A stretch of DNA of 64,000 nt, taken from contig CAVZRV010000015.1 of assembly GCA_963777605.1 (NCBI GenBank), positions 32,001 to 96,000 of the forward strand, written 5' to 3'. Under the pieces are notes generated by a model. That model saw only the letters and a program-made list of their open reading frames with translations. It made no database searches and was not told the DNA's origin. A program made the position numbers and the translations under genes. This DNA is from an uncultured Acidobacteriota bacterium. GTDB taxonomy: Bacteria; Acidobacteriota; UBA6911; RPQK01; JAPXNP01. How positions within the stretch are numbered: the stretch's first letter is position 1; each line of letters opens with the position of its first letter. Shown one piece after another: positions 54,339 through 64,000 of this stretch.

Positions 54339-54370
54339 CCGGCCCGGCGGCATCTACCGGGCCGGCTTTG
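54337..54370 (+). terminator. hairpin AGCCGGCCCGG-N9-CCGGGCCGGCT followed by TT
   Basis: Perfect 11-bp stem overlapping the stop codon of the remnant. Confidence 0.55.
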
Positions 54371-54422
54371 TAACTCTAAGCCGGCATCATCACTGAGGGA
54401 AAGCACGAGTGTCCCGTCATGT

Positions 54423-55232
54423 TTAACCAAGCACTTTGATCTTAAGATTCCTGAACCACAAGGTCTTGCCGTGATCCTGGAGCACGATGTAGCCGGTCTT
54501 GGCCATGCCGTACTGGGGATACTCCGCGAACTTGCTCTTGGCAACCAGATCCTTCCACTCCGGGCTCCAGAGTTCGTATTCCACGACCTTCTGCCCGTTG
54601 AGCCAGTGCTCGACATGGGCACCGTCAACGACAATGCGCATGGTGTTCCACTCGCCGACGGGCTTGGCTGCGTTCACGGAAGGAGCGATCAGGTCATAGT
54701 CGGCACCCGAGAACTGCGACGCCTTGAGGTCGGAACCGGGGGCACGTTCGGCATCCGAAGCCCGATAATCCGCCCAGCAACCCTCCGTCGCATCGACGAT
54801 CTGAACTTCGGGACCGCTGTGCCATTCCTGATCTGAATCTTCGGTAACGTGGAAGAGGACTCCGCTGTTTCCGCACGGACTGACCTTCCAGTCCAGCTTC
54901 ATTTCAAAACTGGCATACTCCTTCTTGGTCGTGAGGTCGCCGAAGCCTTCCTGACCGTCTTCCGCCTTGAAAACGAGAAGGCCGTCTTCTACCGTCCAGC
55001 CGGGCGGAACTTCTTCAGCCCTGAAGCCGCGCCACTGATCAAGGCTCTTACCGTCGAACATGAGTTCCCAACCATCGGCTTTCTCTTCCGAGGTCAGGGT
55101 ATTGATTGCCGGCTCAGCGGATACCGCAGCCGCAGGCTGAGAAGGCTCCTCGGTAGCCTGCTGGCTGCAGGAGATTGCCCCCAGAACCACCAGTGAGAGT
55201 ACAAGTACGAGTCCGTTGATCCGCTTAATCAT
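54423..55232 (-). CDS. DUF1080 (3-keto-disaccharide hydrolase) lipoprotein
   Basis: W..MFDGKSL..W, NSGV, GPE.QI.D, GEWN, LQDHG....FRNLKIK; AISC lipobox. Confidence 0.9.
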   Translation of the reverse strand: MIKRINGLVLVLSLVVLGAISCSQQATEEPSQPAAAVSAEPAINTLTSEEKADGWELMFDGKSLDQWRGFRAEEVPPGWTVEDGLLVFKAEDGQEGFGDLTTKKEYASFEMKLDWKVSPCGNSGVLFHVTEDSDQEWHSGPEVQIVDATEGCWADYRASDAERAPGSDLKASQFSGADYDLIAPSVNAAKPVGEWNTMRIVVDGAHVEHWLNGQKVVEYELWSPEWKDLVAKSKFAEYPQYGMAKTGYIVLQDHGKTLWFRNLKIKVLG

Positions 55233-55491
55233 AGCTGAGAATCCTCCGATCCATCTGTCACGGTTCAGTCTGTATAAACGAAATTCGCCCCCTGGACGCC
55301 ACGCGGCCAGCGAGACTCATTCCAATCCCGAATTCTATTCTACAAACTGTTGAGCGATCGGAGAAATTCCCCCGCTTGAAGTCCCGGGAAAAGCGGCCGT
55401 TCCTCTTGGAACCGGCTCCCATCAATGCTAAGAGTGGTTAGCACAAGCTGGTGGTCCGTTTTGGGAACGGACCACTGAGGAGGAGAATGCC

Positions 55492-57006
55492 ATGTCACCA
55501 AAATCGATTACCCGTCGTCGATTTCTCTCCACATCCGCCACTACGGCCGCCATCAGTGTGGTCCCGAGAAGAGTCCTGGGAGGGGTCGGCTACGTCCCTC
55601 CCAGCGACCAGGTGAACATCGGGTTCGTCGGTTGCGGAACCCAGGGTTTGCGCCAGATGATGCAGGCACTGCCTCACGCCGAGATCCAGATCGCCGCGGT
55701 CTGCGACCCCAATCGGGGCAGTTCGGACTACATCCCCTGGTCGAAAAACGAACTGCGGGACAAGCTCCGCAAGTTTCTTTCCAGCCCCAACTGGGGTGAA
55801 GGCAACAATGGCTGTCGATGTGGCCGGGAGGTTGGCAAGGAAGTCGTCGAAACCTACTACGGAAAGAACCGGCGGTCCGGTGAATACAAGGGTTGTCGAG
55901 CCTACGCGGATTTCCGGGAACTACTCGACCGTGAAACCGGACTCGATGCGATCTACATTATGACCCCCGATCATCTCCACGCCACGGTTGCGATTGCTTC
56001 GATGCGAAAGGGTAAACACGTCATCACCCACAAGCCAATCTCCAATGTCTACCACGAGACGGCGCTGGCGGTCGAGACGGCAAAGAAAACGGGCCTGGCC
56101 ACTCATCTTTTCTGCGCCGCCGGCAACCGAAACAGCCCTCGAATCGCGGAGTGGATCGGCAGCGGGGTGATCGGCCCCGTGCGGGAAGTGCACAACTGGT
56201 CCTCGCGTCCATTCTGGCCGCAGGGAATGACCGAATACCCGCGTGACGAGATGCCTGTCCCCGACGGACTGGACTGGGATCTTTGGTTGGGGCCGGTTCC
56301 CCGCCGACCCTACAATCCCGCCCTCACTCACGCCGTCTTCAGAGGCTGGTGCGAGTTCGGGGCCGGAGCCCTCGGCGATATGGGCCACTACAGTTTCTAT
56401 CAGATCTTCAAGATCCTCGGCCTCGGCCTGCCCACTGCGGTTGAGGCGAGCAGAAGCCAGTACTATGCGATTGTGGACCATCTCTGGCAGAAGCAGCAGA
56501 ACCTGGTTTCCTACCCGAGAGCGTCCACCATCCACTGGAATTTCCCTGCCCGCGGAGACCGCGATGCCGTATCACTCTACTGGTACGACGGTGGTCTTCG
56601 CCCTCCCCTGCCTGCAGAACTCGAATCGGACGGTGAACAGATGCCCGACGAAGGGCTCCTGTTTGTCGGAGACAAGGGCAAGATCCTGGCAGGCTTCACG
56701 GGCGAAAGACCTCGCCTGATTCCAAAGAGCAGGATGTCAACCTTCAGCGAACCAGCCGAGACTCTCCCCCGCCCGATCGACGAGCTCGACCAGTGGATTC
56801 GGGCCTGTAAGGGAGGCCAATCGTCCGATGCCGCATTCGACAAGGTGTCCCCGTTTGCCGAGGCGATCTGCCTGGGAAATGTTGCCCTGAGAGTCCCCGG
56901 GAAGCTGACCTGGGACGCTGCCCGCGGGGAGTTCGCCGACAACACGCAGGCCAACAGTTTCCTCGAGCGGAGGGCCTACCGCCCTGGATGGGAACTGAAG
57001 GCCTGA
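55492..57006 (+). CDS. Gfo/Idh/MocA family oxidoreductase with a twin-arginine leader
   Basis: TRRRFL, FVGCG.QG, TPDHLH, HKP, LDWDLWLGP, GALGDMG. Confidence 0.9.
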   Translation: MSPKSITRRRFLSTSATTAAISVVPRRVLGGVGYVPPSDQVNIGFVGCGTQGLRQMMQALPHAEIQIAAVCDPNRGSSDYIPWSKNELRDKLRKFLSSPNWGEGNNGCRCGREVGKEVVETYYGKNRRSGEYKGCRAYADFRELLDRETGLDAIYIMTPDHLHATVAIASMRKGKHVITHKPISNVYHETALAVETAKKTGLATHLFCAAGNRNSPRIAEWIGSGVIGPVREVHNWSSRPFWPQGMTEYPRDEMPVPDGLDWDLWLGPVPRRPYNPALTHAVFRGWCEFGAGALGDMGHYSFYQIFKILGLGLPTAVEASRSQYYAIVDHLWQKQQNLVSYPRASTIHWNFPARGDRDAVSLYWYDGGLRPPLPAELESDGEQMPDEGLLFVGDKGKILAGFTGERPRLIPKSRMSTFSEPAETLPRPIDELDQWIRACKGGQSSDAAFDKVSPFAEAICLGNVALRVPGKLTWDAARGEFADNTQANSFLERRAYRPGWELKA

Positions 57007-57025
57007 AACTTGACGACGGACCCGT

Positions 57026-59473
57026 TTACAGCGGAGCGGAGCAGTCGGTACCGATCGGGTCTCCCGGCGGCGGATCCGGGATCACGGGCTTGGCGAAACT
57101 TTCCGGGGTTTCCAGGTACTGCCCGATCAGAAACCGGGCATAGCGGTCCACAGCAGCCTGCCGCAATCCCGGCTCACTTGAGTCGCGTTCCGCCAGGAAC
57201 TCCTGAAGTTCGAGAATTCCGTTGTGCGCCGACGCCCGGACCCTTTCGGGGTTCTCTTTCCGGGCTGCCAGCGCCATCAATTCCTGCAATACCACCATGT
57301 CGGTCTGTCTCTGAACTTCGCCCAGATAGCCTTCCCGCCGTTCCGAAAACCAGGTCTTCTTCAGGAGCGTCCCGATCATCTCTTCCATGGAGGGGCAGGA
57401 GGAATCTCGAGCCGAATATTCGACCAGGCGGGCGGCCCGTTGCGGGTTGAGCAGGAGTCCGACAACATGCTTCGACCAAGCCTCGACCGCCCCAAGCGGA
57501 TCGAACGTCAGTCCGGTTTGCCCCTGGAGCAGCTCTCGGTGAGGGGGGTATCCAAGCGGACGAGGCGGGATCAGAGAGACGATCCGCTCGGGGACCGCGA
57601 CCTGTTCGGGTGCCAGCGTGGCGAGGAGCGCATCCAGCGCCCTCCGCTGCTCGGCGCCCGGGACGATCTGTGGAGCAGCAGTCCAGTCTCCTTTCAGGCT
57701 GAACTCATACTCGAGGCCTCCGACCAGCTTGGAAACCGCCGTCGCCTGGTAGCGGTGAAGAAAATAGGTCGGTACCAGAACTTCCTCGAGCGTGGCCAAG
57801 GGCATCCCGGAGCGGATCGAATCGAGCGAAAACTGCTCGAGGGCGCGTTGTCTGACCTCGACCAGGTGGTTCAACTCGGAAACCGGATTCGCGCCATTGT
57901 CCCAAATATGGGCGACCGGGCTTGGGCTTCCGGCGGGTCGGGCGTCGCCGTCACTCAGGAAGCGTAGATGGTGCCCCTGGTAACCTTCTTCCAGGATTCG
58001 CTCGAGTTCTGCGGACTCGTCAACACCGTCGGCAAAGTCCTGGTAGCCGTACGCGATCGCCACCTTGTCCCAGGGTCCGACCCCGACGGCATAGGCATCG
58101 GCGAGATCGATATCGCCATCGGAGTCAAGGCGAATCAGCGGGTGGGGGTAGTCCATCACCGATGAGCGGTCTACCGTGCTGGCCGCGAAATTGTGGGTGA
58201 GTCCCAGCGTGTGCCCGATCTCGTGGGCCGACAGTTGACGCAGGCGAGCCAGGGCCATCTTCAGCATCGGGTCGTCTTGATGAAGGTCGTCGCCGAATGG
58301 AGACAGCAATCCCTGGGCGATGAGGTAATCCTGGCGAACCCGAAGCGAACCCAGGTTGACGTGCCCCTTAAGGATCTCCCCCGTCCTCGGGTCGGTGATC
58401 GACGCCCCGTATGACCAACCCCGGGTCGAACGATGAAGCCAGTTGATCACGTTGTAGCGGACGTCCATCGGATCGGCATCGGCAGGGAGCATTTCGATCC
58501 GGAAGGCATTTCGATAGCCGATCGATTCGAAAGCGTCGTTCCACCAGCGTCCGCCTTCGAGAAGTGCCGACTTGACCGGTTCCGGGGTGGCTGGATCGAG
58601 GTAGTAGACGATTGGTTGGACCGGATCGCTCAGTTCGGCTGCGGGGTCCATCTTCTCCAGCCGGTGCCGGGTGATGAATCGGCGAGTCAGGTCCGATCCG
58701 ATCGGTACCGTGTAGTCAACATAGCTCAGAGGAAAGTAGCCGGAAAGGACGTGGTACTCACGGCGACGGTATGTAGCGTCAGGAAGTTCGATCAGCGAGA
58801 GGTGCTGCCGGACTGAAACGAATTCGGGAGTGGGAGTCACCGAACGAATTTCCGGACCCGGCCGGCTCCCTTTCATAGTCAGAGTGACCTCGAACTCGTC
58901 GTTCCGCGGAAAACTTCGGCAGTTCGGCAGGTAGATACCCGAACGCGACTCGTCCACCGAGTAGGATCCTTCGCCCATGCGCTCGAGCCTGGAACCGATG
59001 TGCTGATGATCCCCGAAGAGCACTGGAGTCCAGTCGATCAGGATGCGCCCATCCTCTTCAGCGGCGACCTTGAATCCCCAAAGAACCGACTCGGCGAACC
59101 CCTCCCTGACCGCCCGGCGTTCGAGGTCGCTGCCCGAGAAATCCGCCCGGTAGAGCAGGTTGGGTTGTACGAGCAGAACGGTGGGTCCACTGCGGCGAAA
59201 CTCCACTACCTTTTCCGAACCGAGTTGGGCCCGGTCGAGACCAATATCGTTCGAGCCGATTCCGGTCGCCATCCCGGAAACGAGAAGGAATTCCTCGTTG
59301 AGCTGGTCTACTTCAAGCCAGATCTTCCCCTCGGTCTCGTCCCAGAACCACTTGTGGAATCCAACCCTCGGCTCCATGCCTTTCGTCTTCTCGGCGATCG
59401 TCGGAGGGGACGCCGCCAGGCCCGGCACCAGGGAGAGAATCACAACCCAGAAAGCCAGCACATTAGTTCTCAT
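57026..59473 (-). CDS. exported zinc-dependent metalloprotease (DUF5117/DUF4953 type)
   Basis: HEIGHTLGL.HNF zincin motif, SSVMDY Met-turn, DPRTGEI; signal peptide from the ATG at 59473. Confidence 0.9.
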   Translation of the reverse strand: MRTNVLAFWVVILSLVPGLAASPPTIAEKTKGMEPRVGFHKWFWDETEGKIWLEVDQLNEEFLLVSGMATGIGSNDIGLDRAQLGSEKVVEFRRSGPTVLLVQPNLLYRADFSGSDLERRAVREGFAESVLWGFKVAAEEDGRILIDWTPVLFGDHQHIGSRLERMGEGSYSVDESRSGIYLPNCRSFPRNDEFEVTLTMKGSRPGPEIRSVTPTPEFVSVRQHLSLIELPDATYRRREYHVLSGYFPLSYVDYTVPIGSDLTRRFITRHRLEKMDPAAELSDPVQPIVYYLDPATPEPVKSALLEGGRWWNDAFESIGYRNAFRIEMLPADADPMDVRYNVINWLHRSTRGWSYGASITDPRTGEILKGHVNLGSLRVRQDYLIAQGLLSPFGDDLHQDDPMLKMALARLRQLSAHEIGHTLGLTHNFAASTVDRSSVMDYPHPLIRLDSDGDIDLADAYAVGVGPWDKVAIAYGYQDFADGVDESAELERILEEGYQGHHLRFLSDGDARPAGSPSPVAHIWDNGANPVSELNHLVEVRQRALEQFSLDSIRSGMPLATLEEVLVPTYFLHRYQATAVSKLVGGLEYEFSLKGDWTAAPQIVPGAEQRRALDALLATLAPEQVAVPERIVSLIPPRPLGYPPHRELLQGQTGLTFDPLGAVEAWSKHVVGLLLNPQRAARLVEYSARDSSCPSMEEMIGTLLKKTWFSERREGYLGEVQRQTDMVVLQELMALAARKENPERVRASAHNGILELQEFLAERDSSEPGLRQAAVDRYARFLIGQYLETPESFAKPVIPDPPPGDPIGTDCSAPL

Positions 59474-59708
59474 ATCGAATCTGCTCCATCGAAAGTCTTT
59501 CGATTCTCCGGTCTGAGCGGTTCTTTGTCCAGCTGGAGAGCGCACGAGGCAGATCCAGGAATTCGTTGAAATTAATCTCCCGACAGCTAAGAATGATCGC
59601 TGCTGGATGGTCCCTGGCCGGGATTCCGTCGATTCGGGTACCGGTAGTTCCTGCTCATGCGCGCAACTCCGGCCCATCCCGCAGTACGGTCATCTTGAGG
59701 AGAACACT

Positions 59709-61679
59709 ATGCAGCGTTTCCGGCTGATTCCGCTTGCCATGGCAGTCTTCTTCGTCTTCTCTTCGATGAACGGAGCCCGCCAATGGCGCCAGGTAGACAC
59801 TCCCCACTTCAGGGTTTTCTCCGACTGCGGCGAACGCGAGTCCCGAAAAGTCGCACTCGAGTTCGAACGGTTTCGCGGGATGTTCAGCAAGGTGTTCAAC
59901 CTGCAACTCGAGGAAGGCGTCAAGCTGGACATCTTTCTCTTCCGGGACCGACGTTCGTTTGACCAGTACTCGATTCGTCACGAGGGCAAGGCCGTCGGGG
60001 TATCCGGGTACTTCTCCAGTGGTCAGTGGGAGAACATGATCGCGATGGTTGAGGGATGGAGCCGGGACTCGACGCTTCGTACCGTTTTCCACGAGTACAC
60101 CCACTACCTGGTCCGGAAGTTGGACTGGCCGCTCTGGCTCAACGAGGGAGTAGCGGAGTTTTACTCAACGTTCGATGCCGGAGACAAGGAGATCACACTC
60201 GGTGTACCCATCGCCGAACACGTGCTGCTCCTGCGCGAGCGGAGCCTCATGCCGATGGACGTGATGAGTTCGGCCAAGGAGATGAGCCACTTCTACGAAG
60301 ACGACTCGCAAGTCCACCTCTTTTATGCCCAGGCCTGGGCGCTGGTGCACCTGCTTCAGTTTACGGAGGACGCCGACCTTCGCGGCAGCTTTCGCAGTTT
60401 TCTGGCCAGGATCAAGAGTCCTTCCGTTGAACCCGGGCGGGCATTCGAACTCGTGTTCGGAGCGTACCCACTCGAGAAGCAACTGCGCCGCTATGTCCGC
60501 CAGCGCGCCTACATGGTCTCGAAAATCGAGGTGTCGACCGACGTCGAGCTGGAGACCGGGGTCCGGGAAATACCCGAAGCCCTCGCTGTCGCTCAACTGG
60601 GCCGACTGGCGCTCCAGATGGATCGTCCGGTCGAAGCCGACGAACACTTCAAGCGGGCGCTGCGCAAGCAACCGGGTCTCCCCGAAGCTCTGGAAGGGCT
60701 CGCCCGGATCGCGTTGACCGGGCAGAAGTTCAGCGAAGCGGAAGCCCTGTTGGAGAGAGTGGTCGATGAGCGGCCCGACGAGTTCTTTCCCCACTGGCTC
60801 CACGTCTATTCGCTGACGGGTAACATGCTCAGTGGAGACGAACTGCAGGCCAAGGCGGAGAGGATTATCGACGAGTGCGACCAGGTCGTCCGGATCAACC
60901 CGAACTTTTCGGAAGCTTACCGGCGCCTCGGTGAAATGAGCCTTTACTCCCGCAAGAAGACCGACTTGGCCGTACAGCGAACCGGAGAGGGACTGGAACA
61001 CTTCCCTCGCGACAGCGAGTTGAGGCTCCTTCACGCTCGCCTATTGATTTCCGCGGGGAATTCGGAGGCCGCCCGGTCCCATCTCGAGAACATCAAGAGC
61101 GGCGCAAATCAACCGGGACTTCGCATCGAAGCGGAGAACATTCTAAATTCGCTCGACTCGTTTGATCGCGCGGCCCGGTCCAGGACCGAACCGGATGGAG
61201 GCAACGACAACACGGAGAATAGGGAGTCCATGACGACTGTCGAACGGCGAGGAGCACCGGAAAGACCCGATCTTCGGCGCTCCCACGCGGAGGCGGCCGC
61301 CGGGACCCCTCACGAGGCCGACTCCGGACCTTCTCCATCGGATGATGCTACCGCGGTGGAGCCTGCAGACGAATTGTTATCCTACGCCCATTCGAACTGC
61401 AGCCCCGCATTCGCCAACGTCCGCAGAGTCCCGCGGGTTTCCGGCGTTCTGACCGAAGTCATCTGTTCCGGGGACCACGCCGTCTACGTCATTTCGTCCC
61501 AGGGGAAACAACTCCGCATGGCCGCCCCTATCAGCACCCCTGTGATTTTCAGCTGCGAGGTTCAATTGAAAGATCTCACCTGCGGTCCGATTCAAAAACC
61601 TGTTGTGGCCTATTATGTTCTCGGGGCCGCCGAACCTGTTGACGCAAAGGCCGTAGCAATCGAGATCAAGGCACAATAG
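59709..61679 (+). CDS. DUF1570/peptidase MA-like domain plus TPR repeat exported protein
   Basis: HEYTH...PLWLNEGVAEF, FYAQAWALVH, TPR-like helices; GAGGAG RBS. Confidence 0.8.
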   Translation: MQRFRLIPLAMAVFFVFSSMNGARQWRQVDTPHFRVFSDCGERESRKVALEFERFRGMFSKVFNLQLEEGVKLDIFLFRDRRSFDQYSIRHEGKAVGVSGYFSSGQWENMIAMVEGWSRDSTLRTVFHEYTHYLVRKLDWPLWLNEGVAEFYSTFDAGDKEITLGVPIAEHVLLLRERSLMPMDVMSSAKEMSHFYEDDSQVHLFYAQAWALVHLLQFTEDADLRGSFRSFLARIKSPSVEPGRAFELVFGAYPLEKQLRRYVRQRAYMVSKIEVSTDVELETGVREIPEALAVAQLGRLALQMDRPVEADEHFKRALRKQPGLPEALEGLARIALTGQKFSEAEALLERVVDERPDEFFPHWLHVYSLTGNMLSGDELQAKAERIIDECDQVVRINPNFSEAYRRLGEMSLYSRKKTDLAVQRTGEGLEHFPRDSELRLLHARLLISAGNSEAARSHLENIKSGANQPGLRIEAENILNSLDSFDRAARSRTEPDGGNDNTENRESMTTVERRGAPERPDLRRSHAEAAAGTPHEADSGPSPSDDATAVEPADELLSYAHSNCSPAFANVRRVPRVSGVLTEVICSGDHAVYVISSQGKQLRMAAPISTPVIFSCEVQLKDLTCGPIQKPVVAYYVLGAAEPVDAKAVAIEIKAQ

Positions 61680-61712
61680 GGTTCGTCGCGCGGTCCCGGC
61701 AGGAGACAAAAC

Positions 61713-62357
61713 TTGAACAACCTTATCGAACTTGACGCCCTCAGCCGCCGTGTCCTGGGTGCCCTGCTCGAGAAAGAGCAGACCACCCCCGACTATTACC
61801 CGCTCACCCTGAACGCCCTGATTTCGGCATGCAACCAGACCACCAACCGCAACCCGGTAATGAACCTGAAGCAGTACGAAGTCCTGCGGGGCCTCCACAA
61901 CCTGGAACGCTACAACCTGGTGGAACGGGTGACCGGGGCCCGGGCAGACCGCTGGAGCCACCTCCTGCTGGATGCCGATTCCGCGGCTCCGGCTCGAAAG
62001 GCCCTCCTGACAGTCCTCTTGCTCAGAGGCAGCCAAACGATTGGGGAACTCAAGGCCCGGGCCGACCGGATGCACAGCTTCACGTTGCTGTCGGAAGCCG
62101 AAGAAACCCTCAGGGCACTCGGCGAACTCGAACCGCCACTCGTGGTCGAACTCCCCCGGCAACCCGGGCAGAAGGAATCGCGCTGGCGATTGAATGTCAC
62201 CGACGTTGATGAAGCCGAGATGGAGCCGGTTGCAGAGACAGTGGAATCTCAACCCGAAGGAGACTCAAGCCTGCGTGCAAGAGTCGAGGAACTGGAGAGG
62301 CAGGTCACCGAGATCCAGCAGTTCCTCGACCAGTTGAAGAGCCGGTCCGACCAGTAG
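61713..62357 (+). CDS. YceH/DUF480 family protein
   Basis: RVLGALLEKEQTTPDYYPLTLNAL..ACNQ..NR.PVM, LLLRG.QT.GEL. Confidence 0.92.
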   Translation: MNNLIELDALSRRVLGALLEKEQTTPDYYPLTLNALISACNQTTNRNPVMNLKQYEVLRGLHNLERYNLVERVTGARADRWSHLLLDADSAAPARKALLTVLLLRGSQTIGELKARADRMHSFTLLSEAEETLRALGELEPPLVVELPRQPGQKESRWRLNVTDVDEAEMEPVAETVESQPEGDSSLRARVEELERQVTEIQQFLDQLKSRSDQ

Positions 62358-62451
62358 TCTCGACTCCCTCGTAAGCCTTGAGCCGGCGACGCGTGCGGCA
62401 CTTTGACCTGCCGGCACGTAGCGACCTCTTTCGAACCATTCCGTGCCGGGC

Positions 62452-62465
62452 GTGACTTTGGTCAA
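62452..62465. promoter_or_regulatory. candidate Crp/Fnr-family (Dnr/HcpR-like) operator GTGAC-TTTG-GTCAA
   Basis: Near-palindrome matching TTGAY-N4-RTCAA, about 52 bp upstream of the DUF438 gene. Confidence 0.45.
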
Positions 62466-62517
62466 CGACAGAGTTGATGCCTGTTGCCTATGCTGAGAAG
62501 CGAAGGAACAGACAGCA

Positions 62518-63762
62518 ATGAGTGAATTGATCGACAACGCTTCCCGAAATAAGGAAATCCTGCGGCATCTTCTTCTCCAGGTTCACCACGGAGAATCTCC
62601 CGAAGCGGTGCGCTGCCAACTGGAGCGCATTCTCGGAGCACTACCTTACGAGCAGGTCGTTGAAGTTGAACAGGAATTACTGGCCGAGGGTCTTCCTGCC
62701 GAAGAGATTCTCAAGTTCTGCGACATTCACACCCGGGTTCTCAAGGGAAACATCCGGAACGCCGAGACAACTCCCCTGCCTCCGGGCCACCCGCTAGAGA
62801 CGTTCCGGGAGGAAAACAGAGCCCTGAACTGGGAAATCGACCAGTGTCGCCGACTGGTCAGGAAGCTGATTGCGGAGCCGGAAACCGGCTCGGACGGGCC
62901 CGGATTCGACCAACTCCGGCTCCGTTTCTATGCCCTGGCAGATGTCGAAAAACACTATGCCCGCAAGGAGAACCTTCTCTTTCCCTACCTCGAGCGTCAC
63001 GGCATCAAGGGCCCCTCAACCGTCATGTGGGCCAAGGACGATGAGGCGCGGGGACGGGTCAGGTCGGGAATCGAGGTTCTCGAGGTAACCCCGGCGGCAA
63101 CTGGCGAAGAAATTCAAGGTTTGTCGGAACTGGTCGTGGAGCCAGCTCTGGTATCCCTGGAAGATATGATCTACCGCGAGGAGCAGGTGCTCCTGCCGCT
63201 TGCGCTGGAGTCCCTGACCCAGGACGAATGGCTGTCCATCGCTCGCCAGAGTCCTGAAATCGGGTTCTGCCTCTACGATCCTCCTGCGGACTGGATCCCC
63301 GAAACTGCTCCGGGGAGCCAGGCAGACCAGCCGGCATCGGACAGGGTCCAACTGCCCTCCGGAAGCCTGACCCAGGACCAGTTGCTGGCAATCCTCAATA
63401 CGATCCCCTTCGACGTGACCTTCGTGGATGCGGACGACCGGGTCCGCTATTTCAGCCAGGGACGGGAGCGCATCTTCACCCGGACCCGAGCGATCATCGG
63501 ACGAAAGGTACAGCTCTGCCACCCACCGGGAAGTGTTCACATCGTCCAGCAAATCCTGGACGACTTTCGAGCCGGCCGCCAGGAACGCGCCCCCTTCTGG
63601 ATCGAGATGAAGGGGAAATTCATTCACATCGAGTACTTCGCGCTTCGGGATCCGGACGGGAACTATCTGGGAACACTCGAAGTCAGCCAGGACCTGACCG
63701 CGAAGCGCACCCTCTCGGGGGAACAGCGACTCCTGAGCTACGCACAGGGAGACTCCAAATGA
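62518..63762 (+). CDS. DUF438/hemerythrin/PAS-domain protein
   Basis: EQEL..EG....EI..FCDIH, GHP..TF.EEN, HYARKENLLFPYLE, VMW..DDE, C-terminal PAS with CHPP.S. Confidence 0.9.
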   Translation: MSELIDNASRNKEILRHLLLQVHHGESPEAVRCQLERILGALPYEQVVEVEQELLAEGLPAEEILKFCDIHTRVLKGNIRNAETTPLPPGHPLETFREENRALNWEIDQCRRLVRKLIAEPETGSDGPGFDQLRLRFYALADVEKHYARKENLLFPYLERHGIKGPSTVMWAKDDEARGRVRSGIEVLEVTPAATGEEIQGLSELVVEPALVSLEDMIYREEQVLLPLALESLTQDEWLSIARQSPEIGFCLYDPPADWIPETAPGSQADQPASDRVQLPSGSLTQDQLLAILNTIPFDVTFVDADDRVRYFSQGRERIFTRTRAIIGRKVQLCHPPGSVHIVQQILDDFRAGRQERAPFWIEMKGKFIHIEYFALRDPDGNYLGTLEVSQDLTAKRTLSGEQRLLSYAQGDSK

Positions 63763-64000
63763 AGACGGAACCGATGGTTGCCATCACGCCAGAAACCCGT
63801 GTACTCGATCTCTTGACCGCCTACCCCGAGATGGAGGAGTTGCTTCTAGAGATCAGTCCCGCGTTTGCAAAGCTCAAAAACCCGCTCCTGCGCCGGACGG
63901 TCGCCCGCGTCACAAGCCTCGGACAGGCAGCCCGCGTCGGAGGCATCCCCGTGGGAGACCTGGTCAACCGGATCCGCAGAGCGCTCGGACAGAATCAGTT
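63759..64000 (+). CDS. DUF1858-domain protein (truncated by the window end)
   Basis: MKTEPMVAITPETRVLDLLTAYPEMEELL...F.KLKNPLLRRTVAR.TSL.QAA; ATGA overlap with the DUF438 stop; not in the ORF track. Confidence 0.85.
   Translation, partial: MKTEPMVAITPETRVLDLLTAYPEMEELLLEISPAFAKLKNPLLRRTVARVTSLGQAARVGGIPVGDLVNRIRRALGQNQ

Overview
This is a GC-rich chromosomal segment of a bacterium, most consistent with Acidobacteriota. That placement rests on the split atp operon with b/b' but no a/c subunits, the three TAT-type Gfo/Idh/MocA genes, and the DUF1080, M16/M28 peptidase and sulfatase genes. It holds the F1 plus b/b' ATP synthase operon, glgC, queG, pyk, a WzxC-type flippase, an NDP-sugar module (GDP-mannose-3,5-epimerase-like, GHMP-like, tandem cytidylyltransferase), a PIG-L deacetylase/PLP decarboxylase pair, a CoA-substrate activase pair, a B12 radical SAM enzyme, a PAS histidine kinase and a DUF438/DUF1858 pair. 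About ten single-base frameshifts (one in atpD) and a corrupted C/T tract point to long-read assembly errors. I saw no rRNA, tRNA, CRISPR array or transposase. The best hidden feature, missed by the ORF track, is a 74-aa cysteine-free glutaredoxin-fold gene at 23158-23382 with two in-frame UGA codons (U-P-H-T active site and a C-terminal U-G-V-stop), each followed by a SECIS-like hairpin, i.e. a probable double selenoprotein. Also hidden are two internally deleted gene remnants (Spy/CpxP-like and membrane Ser/Thr-kinase-like), an unannotated small helical ORF and a three-copy dispersed intergenic motif. All family calls come from motif recognition, not database searches.
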